From contig CAVVXH010000002.1 in the NCBI GenBank assembly GCA_963752155.1, positions 286,420 to 350,419 of the forward strand: a DNA stretch of 64,000 nucleotides. The letters are read 5' to 3'. A program made the position numbers and the translations under genes. The notes beneath the pieces are model-generated. The model was not told where the DNA came from and made no database searches. It was given only the letters and a program-made list of their open reading frames with translations. Origin of the DNA: an uncultured Parachlamydiaceae bacterium (GTDB lineage: Bacteria; Chlamydiota; Chlamydiia; Chlamydiales; Parachlamydiaceae). This document shows positions 10,232-19,695 of this stretch, piece after piece (within the stretch, counting starts at the first letter, position 1; each line of letters starts with the position of its first letter).

Positions 10232-12357
10232 CTTACGTTAACGTATATGTTTGGCAAACTGCTTCTTTCGAAAAACTAGGTCTTGGAACATACCAATGGA
10301 GTAAATATTCTCCTGGGCATGTTGCTCTTGAAACCTATGTAGAAGGGAGGAAGATTGAGTATATCAGCTATTGGCCTGGGAAGCACGCCGAAGCGTGCAA
10401 ATGCGAAATCGCAACCTCGCATTTGCATACTTTGGCCGAAGATATTAAGGCAGAAAAAAATACACAACCTGAACCCTACAAGCTTTATTTAAATGTTCAA
10501 GCCATTAATGAATTAATTTTGAAATTCAAAAGAAGAATTGCTGAAGGATTTCTCGACTGGGGTGTATTTGGGAGTAGTGTTTTTAAACAACCCTATGAAC
10601 AAAACTGTGCTAGCCTTGTTCTGCTTTTGCTAAAGCATGGAGGTCTTCACGAACCTTTAGAGCAACAAAAATCCAGCCGATATTCTCGAATGATTGCAAC
10701 TGCATCTGCTTGCACAGCCATTTTTGCAGCATTAGGTGTTCCTTCGTTAAAAGGCATTTTTTCTATTTACAAACTGTATAATGAATATCAGCAAACTCAT
10801 TGGAAGTATGGTTGTGAGATTGTGGCCCTGACTATAAATCGTGTTTGGGCAAATCATTCTGCTATGCTTGCAACGACAAATTTGATGCAGCAAATTAGTC
10901 TCTGTGCAGATAAAGATGGATTAGCAAATGAACAATTAATGAAAGCAACAAATTTTGTCAGTACTATAGAAACAATCAGAGATGAAATCATTAGTCTGAT
11001 AAATGAAGAGCTTATAGAAAAGCTAAATAGAACTAGTGTAAGATTCATGTTTGTGGTGTCTACTTTATCTCTTTTGACGCCTATTGCTCTTTCTTTTTTC
11101 CTTATTTATCTTTCACGTGAGCTAATGTTAAAAACTGTGACGCCAAAAGATGTGGAGGAATTAGTCAAGAAAGCCAAAGGGCTTTCTGTCAAGCCTCTAG
11201 CTATATCCCATAACTTTAAGAAAGTTGATAAAAGCACGGTAAATCATCTTTCGGACAAATCTTTTGTACGGGTTTGGGTGTGGAAAAAAATCTGTGATGA
11301 TCAAGCTCCTGAATATGGCCATATTGCTCTTCAAATTTTTTCAACTGATAAAAAAGTTGTTAACTCGAAGTATATTAGTTTTCGAGATAAGCATCCTGGG
11401 ATAATAACTTCTTTTGTTTCTTGCAGTGAAATGAATGGGCATTGGCATAAAGAAAAAATAATTGATGATGAGCTTGAAAAAGATAAAGATATTGTTTTTT
11501 ATGATTTAGATTTAAATATAGAGAACATGACTCGCGAGCTTGAGAAAATGCAAAAGAAAAAAAACTTATCTTCTTTTAGATTAATATCTAATTTGCTAGA
11601 ACAAGGTGGAATAGTTAAGTATACGAAACAAAAAATAAGTTTTTTACATCTATTTAAAGGGATCGCATTAGCCGCAAGTGTATTTTCGGGTGTGAATTTT
11701 GCTTTTTATAGGGGTTTATTGCAAATAGATATGCCTATTTTTGAGTTTTATAAAAAATTTGACGAGAAGCAAAACACTTTATTGAATTTAGAAAGGGCAA
11801 TAGAACTTTCATATAAAATGATTTCTCAACTTGCTGCAAGAGTTTTAGTTTATACGCGCATTATCAACGATAAGAGCGGATTTCAAGAATTACTCAACAG
11901 AAAAACCATTAATGATATTGCAGTAAGTGAGGCTTATAGCAAGTTGAGAACATGGAATCCTGAATTGTATAAAATAACAAATTGGGAATTTAGTGAGCAT
12001 ATCTCATCAGTAAAAACCACATTTCTGAATGTCTCTAAGTGGGCAGTAGCGCCGGTTATAACTGGCGCAATTGTTTACTCCATCTATCGATTATTTTTTT
12101 CAAAAAAAACGCAAGCGTGTGATATTGAAAGGATTGTAAAAAACGCTTGCAAGCAGCAAAAGCGTGAATTGATGATCAATGATGAAATATCTGCCTCTAC
12201 CTTATGGGATAAGTTGACTTGGAAAAAAACATTTTTTATAGGAACTGTACTATTGGGAGTCGTAGGAATAAGTTATACTCTTTTGAAAAAAGAAAATTAC
12301 CCTACTTTATCGGCAGAAACAGTAAAAGAAGGGCGAATAGATTTAGACTTGTCCTAA
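10228..12357 (+). CDS. Membrane protein with two tandem permuted papain-like candidate domains
   Basis: VYVW...PGHVALE...YISYWP...QNCASLVLLLLKHGG is repeated as VWVW...YGHIALQ...YISF...LISNLLEQGG; several hydrophobic segments. Confidence 0.6.
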   Translation: MTYVNVYVWQTASFEKLGLGTYQWSKYSPGHVALETYVEGRKIEYISYWPGKHAEACKCEIATSHLHTLAEDIKAEKNTQPEPYKLYLNVQAINELILKFKRRIAEGFLDWGVFGSSVFKQPYEQNCASLVLLLLKHGGLHEPLEQQKSSRYSRMIATASACTAIFAALGVPSLKGIFSIYKLYNEYQQTHWKYGCEIVALTINRVWANHSAMLATTNLMQQISLCADKDGLANEQLMKATNFVSTIETIRDEIISLINEELIEKLNRTSVRFMFVVSTLSLLTPIALSFFLIYLSRELMLKTVTPKDVEELVKKAKGLSVKPLAISHNFKKVDKSTVNHLSDKSFVRVWVWKKICDDQAPEYGHIALQIFSTDKKVVNSKYISFRDKHPGIITSFVSCSEMNGHWHKEKIIDDELEKDKDIVFYDLDLNIENMTRELEKMQKKKNLSSFRLISNLLEQGGIVKYTKQKISFLHLFKGIALAASVFSGVNFAFYRGLLQIDMPIFEFYKKFDEKQNTLLNLERAIELSYKMISQLAARVLVYTRIINDKSGFQELLNRKTINDIAVSEAYSKLRTWNPELYKITNWEFSEHISSVKTTFLNVSKWAVAPVITGAIVYSIYRLFFSKKTQACDIERIVKNACKQQKRELMINDEISASTLWDKLTWKKTFFIGTVLLGVVGISYTLLKKENYPTLSAETVKEGRIDLDLS
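12288..12336 (+). repeat. 49-bp direct repeat, copy 2
   Basis: Matches 9435-9483; encodes KENYPTLSAETVKEGR near the C-terminus of the 709-aa ORF. Confidence 0.9.
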
Positions 12358-12427
12358 CATTTATATCGTGACAAAAAAATATTAGGTGTGTTACCATAAA
12401 AAATCACACATTTAATAGGAGAAAATA

Positions 12428-12856
12428 ATGCCTAAAAGGTCTATAAATTCATTAAAAAATGCAAAAAAACGCTTCTTAACACTTATTGAGATGATGATCG
12501 TCATGTTTATCATTGCAATGATCACTGGTGGTTTAGCTTATCGTTACGCTGGGAGTCTAGATGAAAGTCGCGCTTTTAAAACCAAAGTTGCTATGGAGCG
12601 TCTCTCCGGGATATTGAATTTAAAAGCGGCTGATGACCCTAGCTTTCTTTCTAACGTTAATTCCGCCTGGGAAGGGGTTGCTTCAGGTTCCCCGCTTGTG
12701 AATAACGCGAAAGACGTTATTAATGATGGATGGGGGCACAAATTTCACGTAGATCTTGATAACAGTGGAAATATTGTTATTTCTTCCAAAAAATACGAAG
12801 ATTATATGAATGCAAATAAAGAAACGATGTTCTCGAACAAAGGGAATCGTCAGTAA
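12428..12856 (+). CDS. gspG: Major pseudopilin-like protein (GspG-like)
   Basis: KKRFLTLIEMMIVMFII N-terminus and DGWG motif, equivalent to DPWG of GspG. Confidence 0.8.
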   Translation: MPKRSINSLKNAKKRFLTLIEMMIVMFIIAMITGGLAYRYAGSLDESRAFKTKVAMERLSGILNLKAADDPSFLSNVNSAWEGVASGSPLVNNAKDVINDGWGHKFHVDLDNSGNIVISSKKYEDYMNANKETMFSNKGNRQ

Positions 12857-12868
12857 TCTTAGAAGGTC

Positions 12869-13576
12869 ATGGTGTTTAAGTGTGTCTGTCGTCGCTATCT
12901 AAGCCTCATCGAACTGATGGTTGTCATCGCAATCATCAGTTTAGTGGCAGGGATAGTTGGAATCAATATCAGCAAATCCGTTCAAGAACAACGTTTTAGA
13001 TCCGAAGTCACCCAAATTACGGACAAATTACGTTTAGCTCAAAACTTAATGCTCCTGCTCAATGAAGATGTTAAAGTCCATTTTAGCAATGTTGAGGGAG
13101 GTATTAAATATTGGTTAAGCTTCCAATGTCCTCTTGATAGTGGCTGGGATCGTGAAATTACGCGCCCCCCCCCTATCCTAACTAATATTCGTCGAATTTC
13201 ATTCGATGGAATCGGAAAAGAAGACTCTTCGGATGGTTTTGCACTCAACTTTCTTTCTGCAGGAATGGTGATGAGCCAAGGAGTTTTAATGCTTGAAACT
13301 GGAGAAGGGCGTAGCTACATCGATCAAAAATATATCACATTACCTGGTTTTCCGGCTCCCATATCCTCATCATCACAAAAACCGGACTCTTCCTTTTCGA
13401 TGAGGCATGAAGATCGTGAAAATGATCAAATGACGCAATTTATCATGCCGGATATCATTAGCAAATTTCAATCTCAGAAATCTTCTACGCCGGTAGAGGT
13501 AGAGGAGGGAGATGTAGAAAAAATCGAAAAAGCAGGGAAAATCGAAAAAGTTGAGAATATGGACGAAGCCAAGTAA
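12869..13576 (+). CDS. Minor pseudopilin (GspH-like)
   Basis: RRYLSLIELMVVIAIISLV prepilin-like helix; second in the pseudopilin row. Confidence 0.75.
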   Translation: MVFKCVCRRYLSLIELMVVIAIISLVAGIVGINISKSVQEQRFRSEVTQITDKLRLAQNLMLLLNEDVKVHFSNVEGGIKYWLSFQCPLDSGWDREITRPPPILTNIRRISFDGIGKEDSSDGFALNFLSAGMVMSQGVLMLETGEGRSYIDQKYITLPGFPAPISSSSQKPDSSFSMRHEDRENDQMTQFIMPDIISKFQSQKSSTPVEVEEGDVEKIEKAGKIEKVENMDEAK

Positions 13577-13580
13577 ATTT

Positions 13581-14027
13581 ATGATCATTTTTAAAAGACG
13601 TAGACATTTTCTTTTACTCGAAGTGCTGATTGCTTTTGCTTTTGTCGTTATCGCCATCTTACCTCTCATTTATCCTCATTTTTATATCTATCAACAACAA
13701 CGTAAATTTATCGAAAAAATTGACTTGGATATAGCTGTTAATGAATTTTATGCCCTAGTTATTGAGCAAATGCATCAAAATCAGATCCCTTGGGAGTCTA
13801 TTGAGTCTAAACAGTCAATGCCAATTTTAGATCAAATATGGAACCAATCTAAACAATTTAAGACGCCACCTTTTACGGGAACCTATCAATTTGAAATTGT
13901 TAAATCAAAGAAAAATGAGAAATATGGACTTTATCTATTGAATCTCACAATTGTTATTTTACCAGCGGGCATTAAAATCAAGAAACCTATTACCTATAAC
14001 ATGTTTGTCACCAGACTTTTTTCTTAA
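13581..14027 (+). CDS. Minor pseudopilin (GspI-like)
   Basis: RRHFLLLEVLIAFAFV prepilin-like helix. Confidence 0.7.
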   Translation: MIIFKRRRHFLLLEVLIAFAFVVIAILPLIYPHFYIYQQQRKFIEKIDLDIAVNEFYALVIEQMHQNQIPWESIESKQSMPILDQIWNQSKQFKTPPFTGTYQFEIVKSKKNEKYGLYLLNLTIVILPAGIKIKKPITYNMFVTRLFS

Positions 14028-14029
14028 TT

Positions 14030-14773
14030 ATGAAAATTTTAAACTTAAATAACATTTATATTCCAATTCAACGTCGGTTTGTTCTTCTCTTAGAAGTTAT
14101 AATTGCAATGCTTTTAACGATGATTCTCCTGTCTGTTCTTTTATCCTTTTATGTACAAATTGGTAAAATTAATGCTGCACAGGAAATTGAGCAAGAACGT
14201 AGTTTTAGAAAATTATATCTATCTACACGTTTATCGACGATTTTACCTAGAGTGGTGCCTGTTAACAACGCTGATAAAGATTTTATGTTTTTTACTACGA
14301 TGAATAATGATAGCCAAACAAAGGGGGGAACGCCTGCGCTATTTTTTACATTTGATAATGGAGTAAAACTCAATCCTGATTTTTCTAACCACGTCCTTGC
14401 TAAACTTTATTTGAATCAAAAAAAGCAATTGTGTCTTGGAATTTGGCCTTCTCCGAGCCGCTGGACTGATGCAGCGATTCCTCCGATGAAAAGAGAAGTT
14501 CTTTTTGAGAATGTTGAGGATCTATCTTTTTCTTTTTATCTTCCACCTAGCAAACCACGAGCAGTTGTTCTTAGCCGACGCAATCCGGTATTTAAAGAAA
14601 CAAATCTGATGAAGGTAGAAAGCATGGGAGAGTGGAAAAGCGAGTGGCAGCAGGAATATGGGGATTTACCGGCTCTTCTGAGAGTGACTCTTACAATGAG
14701 TACTCATTCCGACGACTCTATTATTCTTACTTTTCCTTTACCTTCGAGCTTCGAGGTAATTGTTTATGAATAG
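14030..14773 (+). CDS. Minor pseudopilin (GspJ-like)
   Basis: RRFVLLLEVIIAML N-terminus and a W...W...LPALLRVTL C-terminal motif typical of GspJ. Confidence 0.75.
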   Translation: MKILNLNNIYIPIQRRFVLLLEVIIAMLLTMILLSVLLSFYVQIGKINAAQEIEQERSFRKLYLSTRLSTILPRVVPVNNADKDFMFFTTMNNDSQTKGGTPALFFTFDNGVKLNPDFSNHVLAKLYLNQKKQLCLGIWPSPSRWTDAAIPPMKREVLFENVEDLSFSFYLPPSKPRAVVLSRRNPVFKETNLMKVESMGEWKSEWQQEYGDLPALLRVTLTMSTHSDDSIILTFPLPSSFEVIVYE

Positions 14774-14805
14774 AAGCAATCCAGTATTAAATTCGGAGGC
14801 AAGTT

Positions 14806-15069
14806 ATGAATTATATTGCTTTAATCCATAAAGACAAAAGTTCAGATTATGGCGTAAGTTTTCCTGATTTTCCTGGTTGTATTTCCACAGGCAAAACGTT
14901 AGAGCAGGCTAGGGCAATGGCTTTAGAGGCGATTATAGGGCACATTTTTGTTCTTAAGGAAATGGGAGAAACAATTCCATCGCCAAGTACCTTGGAAGAA
15001 ATTATGTCCGATCAAGAAAACAAAGAAGCCATTGCTTTTTTAGTAAAGCGCCTTGCCATTGGTGCCTGA
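14806..15069 (+). CDS. hicB: HicB-family antitoxin whose 3' end is replaced by repeat copy B
   Basis: YGVSFPDFPGCISTGKTLEQA...IPSPS motif; RBS GGAGG; the last codons and the stop lie inside the palindrome. Confidence 0.85.
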   Translation: MNYIALIHKDKSSDYGVSFPDFPGCISTGKTLEQARAMALEAIIGHIFVLKEMGETIPSPSTLEEIMSDQENKEAIAFLVKRLAIGA

Positions 15070-15348
15070 CCTGATATTCTGACATTTGCCTAAAATGATG
15101 ACATAACCTCCCAGGAAGGCAAATGTCAGAATGTCAGGTCTGGAACCAAGGCCAGAACGTTACCTCTCAGAATTACGTATCTTGTTATTAATTGAAAACA
15201 ACGCTTCTTTCAGTTGCTTAAATCTTGGGGGTAATGTTCTGGCCTTGGTTCCAGACCTGACATTCTGACATTTGCCCTTTAGGAAGCAATGTTATCGCAT
15301 CGGCAAATGTCAGAATATCAGGTCAGGCACCAATGGCAAGGCGCTTTA
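15044..15348. mobile_element. Nested palindrome family, copy B: 305-bp inner unit alone (MITE/REPIN-like)
   Basis: 47-bp perfect terminal IR starting and ending in TA, two internal hairpins, reconstructed empty site AGTACT. Confidence 0.85.
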
Positions 15349-15392
15349 CTGCATCTTAGTCTCATTTGAAATCCTCCGCCTCCTGTCCAGAG

Positions 15393-16622
15393 CTATAGAT
15401 CTTTTCTAATTCTCTTCTTTATGGCAAAAAGCCAAGGTGAAGTGATGAGCATTCTCCAGACTTTTTCGAAAATGCTACATAGGGCTCCGTTGGCAATGAC
15501 ATTACATGAGGTCACTAATGGATCTAAAACAACGTTAAAAGCTAAGATGAGGGCTATCATTTCTGCGTTAAAATTAAGGAACGATTCATAAATGGGAAGC
15601 ATGATAAAGATGGCACCTCCAATGACAGCAGCTGTTGCAAAACGTGCAAGTACAAATACGATGCTAAAGGTGCTCCAGGTATAGAAGTCAGGAACGTGCC
15701 CGAAAAAATGATTGTAAATTAAAAAGCATAGGAAAGTATTTGTAATACAATCTCCTATTTGTTGAATGTTAGTCGTAGCAGGAATAACGGATTGGGCAAG
15801 GTGAGGTTCTTGCAGGTTTTTGGAAGTGCCTTCGATTGTCCAAGGCATGGTTGATAAGCTACAGCCAGATGTAAATGCGATTCCGCCAGCCGGCATAAGG
15901 TTCTTTATTCTTCTAAATAGAGTTTTGAATGAAAGGCCATTTCCTATAAAAAAGAGTAAAAAGAGATAAATGCTTAAAAATGCTACAAGCCAAATGATCA
16001 ATACTCCGTAATGAGAGAACACTTGTTGGAGTATCTTTGTTTGATACATATGAGCGACAAATCCTAATACAAAAATGGGAATTAACCTTGCAAAGAAATT
16101 GGTTAATATCCATTGAGCAAAATCCTTTCCGCGATGAAGAACCTTTTTCAAGCTTTCATTTCCAAGTACGGCAATGAGGCATCCTATAACGGCTCCAACA
16201 AAAACTCCTTTATCCGCAGCCCACCAAGTCGGTTTTAATAAGGGTAAGCGCCAAAGAGGTTGAAAATGGGTATCTATATCGATTAATTTTGGAGGTGGAA
16301 GAAAGTCTACGGCTAGGTGACCAGCCCCATAGGCATACCATACGCTACTTAGATTGGAAAAGGCTTCAAACAGAACTAAAGCAAAGATAAAAAGGGGAGC
16401 GCGTTGTTGAAACGAACATAGAGCTTGAGCGATAAATAAGCCTACAGTTACAGGAAGAATCCATATTAACAAGTCTTTAATCAGCAAGCTCATTGTGTAA
16501 AGACCTTGATGCATAGTGATAGGAAGGCTATCTGCGATCATAAAATAGAGAGTCAAGAGCAAAATAACTTGTACACCTCGAATTTTTAGACCCCAAAGGA
16601 CTTTTTCAGCTATATTTCGCAT
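15393..16622 (-). CDS. Dicarboxylate/amino acid:cation symporter (DAACS family)
   Basis: Multi-TM protein with AFTSGCSLSTMP, VIPATTNI and LDPLVTSCNVIANG motifs. Confidence 0.8.
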   Translation of the reverse strand: MRNIAEKVLWGLKIRGVQVILLLTLYFMIADSLPITMHQGLYTMSLLIKDLLIWILPVTVGLFIAQALCSFQQRAPLFIFALVLFEAFSNLSSVWYAYGAGHLAVDFLPPPKLIDIDTHFQPLWRLPLLKPTWWAADKGVFVGAVIGCLIAVLGNESLKKVLHRGKDFAQWILTNFFARLIPIFVLGFVAHMYQTKILQQVFSHYGVLIIWLVAFLSIYLFLLFFIGNGLSFKTLFRRIKNLMPAGGIAFTSGCSLSTMPWTIEGTSKNLQEPHLAQSVIPATTNIQQIGDCITNTFLCFLIYNHFFGHVPDFYTWSTFSIVFVLARFATAAVIGGAIFIMLPIYESFLNFNAEMIALILAFNVVLDPLVTSCNVIANGALCSIFEKVWRMLITSPWLFAIKKRIRKDL

Positions 16623-16698
16623 ATTTTACCTCACGTTTGAGCCGTTATAATCAAGATGCTAAACTCATTTCGATATTTTCGCTAGAGGGAAATAACAT

Positions 16699-17216
16699 GT
16701 TGTTTAGTAGGTGAGAAAGAAGCCTGCGATATTAGGCTATAAAGTATAGGAAAAAATTAAACGCAAAGCGAGACAGTTGCCTGCGGCGCCCCCTATCGGG
16801 AAATAACAGATTTTTAAAGCGCCTTGCCATTGGTGCCTGACCTGATATTCTGACATTTGCCTACAATGATAACGTAACCTCCCAGGAGGGCAAATGTCAG
16901 AATGTCAGGTCTGGAACCAAGGCTAAACGTTACCTCTCAGAATTTAGTATCTTGTTATTAATTGAAAACGACGCTTTTTTCAGTTGCGTAAATCTTGGGG
17001 ATAACGTTTCAGCCTTGGTTCCAGACCTGACATTCTGACATTTGCCCTTTAGGAAGCAATGTTATCGCATCGGCAAATGTCAGAATATCAGGTCAGGCAC
17101 CAATGGCAAGGCGCTTTAAAAATCTGTTATTTCCCGATAGGGGGCGCCGCAGGCAACTGTCTCGCTTTGCGTTTAATTTTTCTTAGTATTTCGCATCAGT
17201 CGATTTTGTTATTTAG
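16699..17216. mobile_element. Nested palindrome family, copy C (full: flank X - 110-bp IR - core - IR - flank Y')
   Basis: 16752-16861 is the exact reverse complement of 17072-17181. Confidence 0.9.
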
Positions 17217-17360
17217 GAGCTTTTGATGAAAATGATGCCGTTCTTGCCTTTCAACAATTTCACACCCTAATGACCCATTACTGTCAGTGGTGTTCTTTCA
17301 TTTAATTCATCTTGCATTTTCCTCGATTGAGGAGTATCATTTTGGTTTCACCAAAGAACT

Positions 17361-19517
17361 ATGAATAACTATTTAAAACCTTTTATTACATTACTCCTTT
17401 TTTTGCTTTCATTGCGACTAAACTGTTCACAATGCACTCACGAAAATCTCGTTAGAGATCTCATCATAGTCGATTATTGGAATAAACGGCTGAATGAAAG
17501 AATGCCTGTGACATATAATCATCTACTACAAGGTGGTTATTGGAATATGCCCTCTGCACGGATGGGGAAAGAAGGTGAAATAGGTTTTGGGTATGTTGAT
17601 GCTTCCCCTTATCGTCTTTGGAATTTACGCTGCCAATTGACCGATCGCTTAGAAGTTTCAGGAAATTATCGCATCTTTAGAGGCATAAAGGATCCTGTTC
17701 TAAGTCAATATGGATTTGGAGATTTTTCCGATAAAGGGGTCAACTTTAAGTTGGCCTTAATTCACCCTGAAGATAGTGGTTATAAACTTCCTGGGCTGTC
17801 CATTGGGTTTGAAGATATCATTGGAACACGCGCCTTCAAAGCTAAATATCTTGTGATTACACAAGTCTTTCTGAGAGAAAATCTAGAGATCAGTCTGGGG
17901 TACGGTCGACAACGAATCAAAGGGTGGTTTGGAGGAGTCAACTGGATGCCTTTTCGCAAAAGTCAATATTCCTATTTACAGGGATTCTCTTTTACAGCTG
18001 AATATGATTCAACACCCTATAAAAATCATGGAATTGAACCTCATCCAAGAGGTCGAGTTCAACGGACTCCAATCAACGCAGGGATTAAATACCGCCTTTG
18101 GGATCAGATAGATTTCTCTTTAAGTTATATTCGTGGACATAAGCTAGCCTTTTCAATCTCTTCGTATTATAACTTCGGAATGTCTCAGGGAGCTGTGGCA
18201 AAAATAAATGAGCAAAAACCTTACATAGCTCCTGTGAATGTTGAACCTTTAGGTGAATGGCGACCTCAAAGTGTTCTTGTACCAGATCTCTATTATGCTT
18301 TTTCCAAACAAGGTCTCACATTATTACAAGCATGGCTTTCTACTGATGAATGCAACGAAAATCAACTTAGACTTCGGATTATCAACAATGATTATCGGTT
18401 GGAATGTGATCTTCGCAAACAACTCAATCATTTAATTGCTTTTTTAACACCTTTGAATGTCTCGACTGTCATTGTAGGAATCGATTCAGATGGAGTATTG
18501 ATTCAAGAATATCGTTATCACATGGTGTACACACGTGCATTTGCTTCTAAAGAGATGGGAGCTTATGAATTGAAAGTCCTAACCCCTCTTCGAGAAGCCA
18601 CACGAGCTAATCCGTGTGAAGAGCAATTGATATTTAATCAAAACCGCCCGTTGTTTTGTTTTGATCTTATGCCTAAAAATTATACATATTTTGGAAGTGC
18701 TACTGGTAAATTTAAGTATGCACTTGGAGTTCAAGCATTACTCAATGGTTATATTAAAAATGATATCTATTATTCGGCTATTATCGGATATATTGGCGTA
18801 AAAAATATTGGATCCGTGAAAGATGTAGATCGCTTGAATCCCTCTCAGTTGATTAACGTTCGGACTGATATTATCCGTTATTTACAACAAAATGGAGTGA
18901 CTCTAGATGAGGCTTATCTTCAAAAGACTTGGAACTTAGGTAATGGGATTTTTGGTAGGGTTTCAACAGGTTATTTTGAGGTTGAGTACGGTGGTATAGC
19001 TGGAGAGCTCCTTCACTATCCAGTAAATGCCCGTTGGGCGTACGGGATCTCCGGAGCAATTGTTGGTAAACGAAAGGTTAATTCTCTTTTTGGATTTTCA
19101 AAGAAAATTCGCAAACTGGACGGATTTAAGCCAACGTATCGACATTTTCTTGGAACGCAATATTTCGTTAATCTGTTTTATGATTGGAAAGAAGCAAAAA
19201 TTGATTTGAGACTTAAAGCCGGAAAGTTTTTGGCTAATGACTTCGGAATACGTTATGAACTCTCCCGCTATTTTCCTAGCGGTTTACGCGTAACGCTTTG
19301 GTACACTCAAACAAATGGACACGATAAGATCAATGGTCAAATTTATTACGATAAAGGAGTTTCCTTCACAATGCCCCTTGATTTCCTTTACACACAGTGT
19401 TCTCGGGGCAATTGGGGCTATGGCATGTCAGCTTGGCTGCGTGATGTAGGGGCGTCAGCCTACACAGGTCAAGAGCTTTACTATATGCTTAATGATAACC
19501 GCAGCAATTCCCGCTAA
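17361..19517 (+). CDS. YjbH-domain outer membrane protein
   Basis: Signal peptide, NMPSARM, GYFEVEYGGIAGELL, GKFLANDFGIRYELSRYFPSG and DKGVSFTMPLD motifs. Confidence 0.8.
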   Translation: MNNYLKPFITLLLFLLSLRLNCSQCTHENLVRDLIIVDYWNKRLNERMPVTYNHLLQGGYWNMPSARMGKEGEIGFGYVDASPYRLWNLRCQLTDRLEVSGNYRIFRGIKDPVLSQYGFGDFSDKGVNFKLALIHPEDSGYKLPGLSIGFEDIIGTRAFKAKYLVITQVFLRENLEISLGYGRQRIKGWFGGVNWMPFRKSQYSYLQGFSFTAEYDSTPYKNHGIEPHPRGRVQRTPINAGIKYRLWDQIDFSLSYIRGHKLAFSISSYYNFGMSQGAVAKINEQKPYIAPVNVEPLGEWRPQSVLVPDLYYAFSKQGLTLLQAWLSTDECNENQLRLRIINNDYRLECDLRKQLNHLIAFLTPLNVSTVIVGIDSDGVLIQEYRYHMVYTRAFASKEMGAYELKVLTPLREATRANPCEEQLIFNQNRPLFCFDLMPKNYTYFGSATGKFKYALGVQALLNGYIKNDIYYSAIIGYIGVKNIGSVKDVDRLNPSQLINVRTDIIRYLQQNGVTLDEAYLQKTWNLGNGIFGRVSTGYFEVEYGGIAGELLHYPVNARWAYGISGAIVGKRKVNSLFGFSKKIRKLDGFKPTYRHFLGTQYFVNLFYDWKEAKIDLRLKAGKFLANDFGIRYELSRYFPSGLRVTLWYTQTNGHDKINGQIYYDKGVSFTMPLDFLYTQCSRGNWGYGMSAWLRDVGASAYTGQELYYMLNDNRSNSR

Positions 19518-19695
19518 ATCAGCTATTCTACGTAAAAAAATTAAAAAAACGCACATTTTTTAATAAAACATGAATCAACCCATTGATATTAAAAGATGCA
19601 CATGTTAGAATTAAGTAATGTGAAAAATAAAATGTCTTTAATTGATTAACTATTTTTTTAAACAGCAAGCTAATAATTTATATGAGGAAACCAGA

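Noticed and set aside
9435..12336. Direct repeats as prophage attL/attR or integron attC sites
   Set aside because: No integrase or tRNA nearby, no attC-like palindrome, and the differences follow codon positions.
15044..15348. Palindrome family as a CRISPR array
   Set aside because: Repeats are inverted and dispersed, loops are reused between copies rather than unique spacers, and no cas genes are present.
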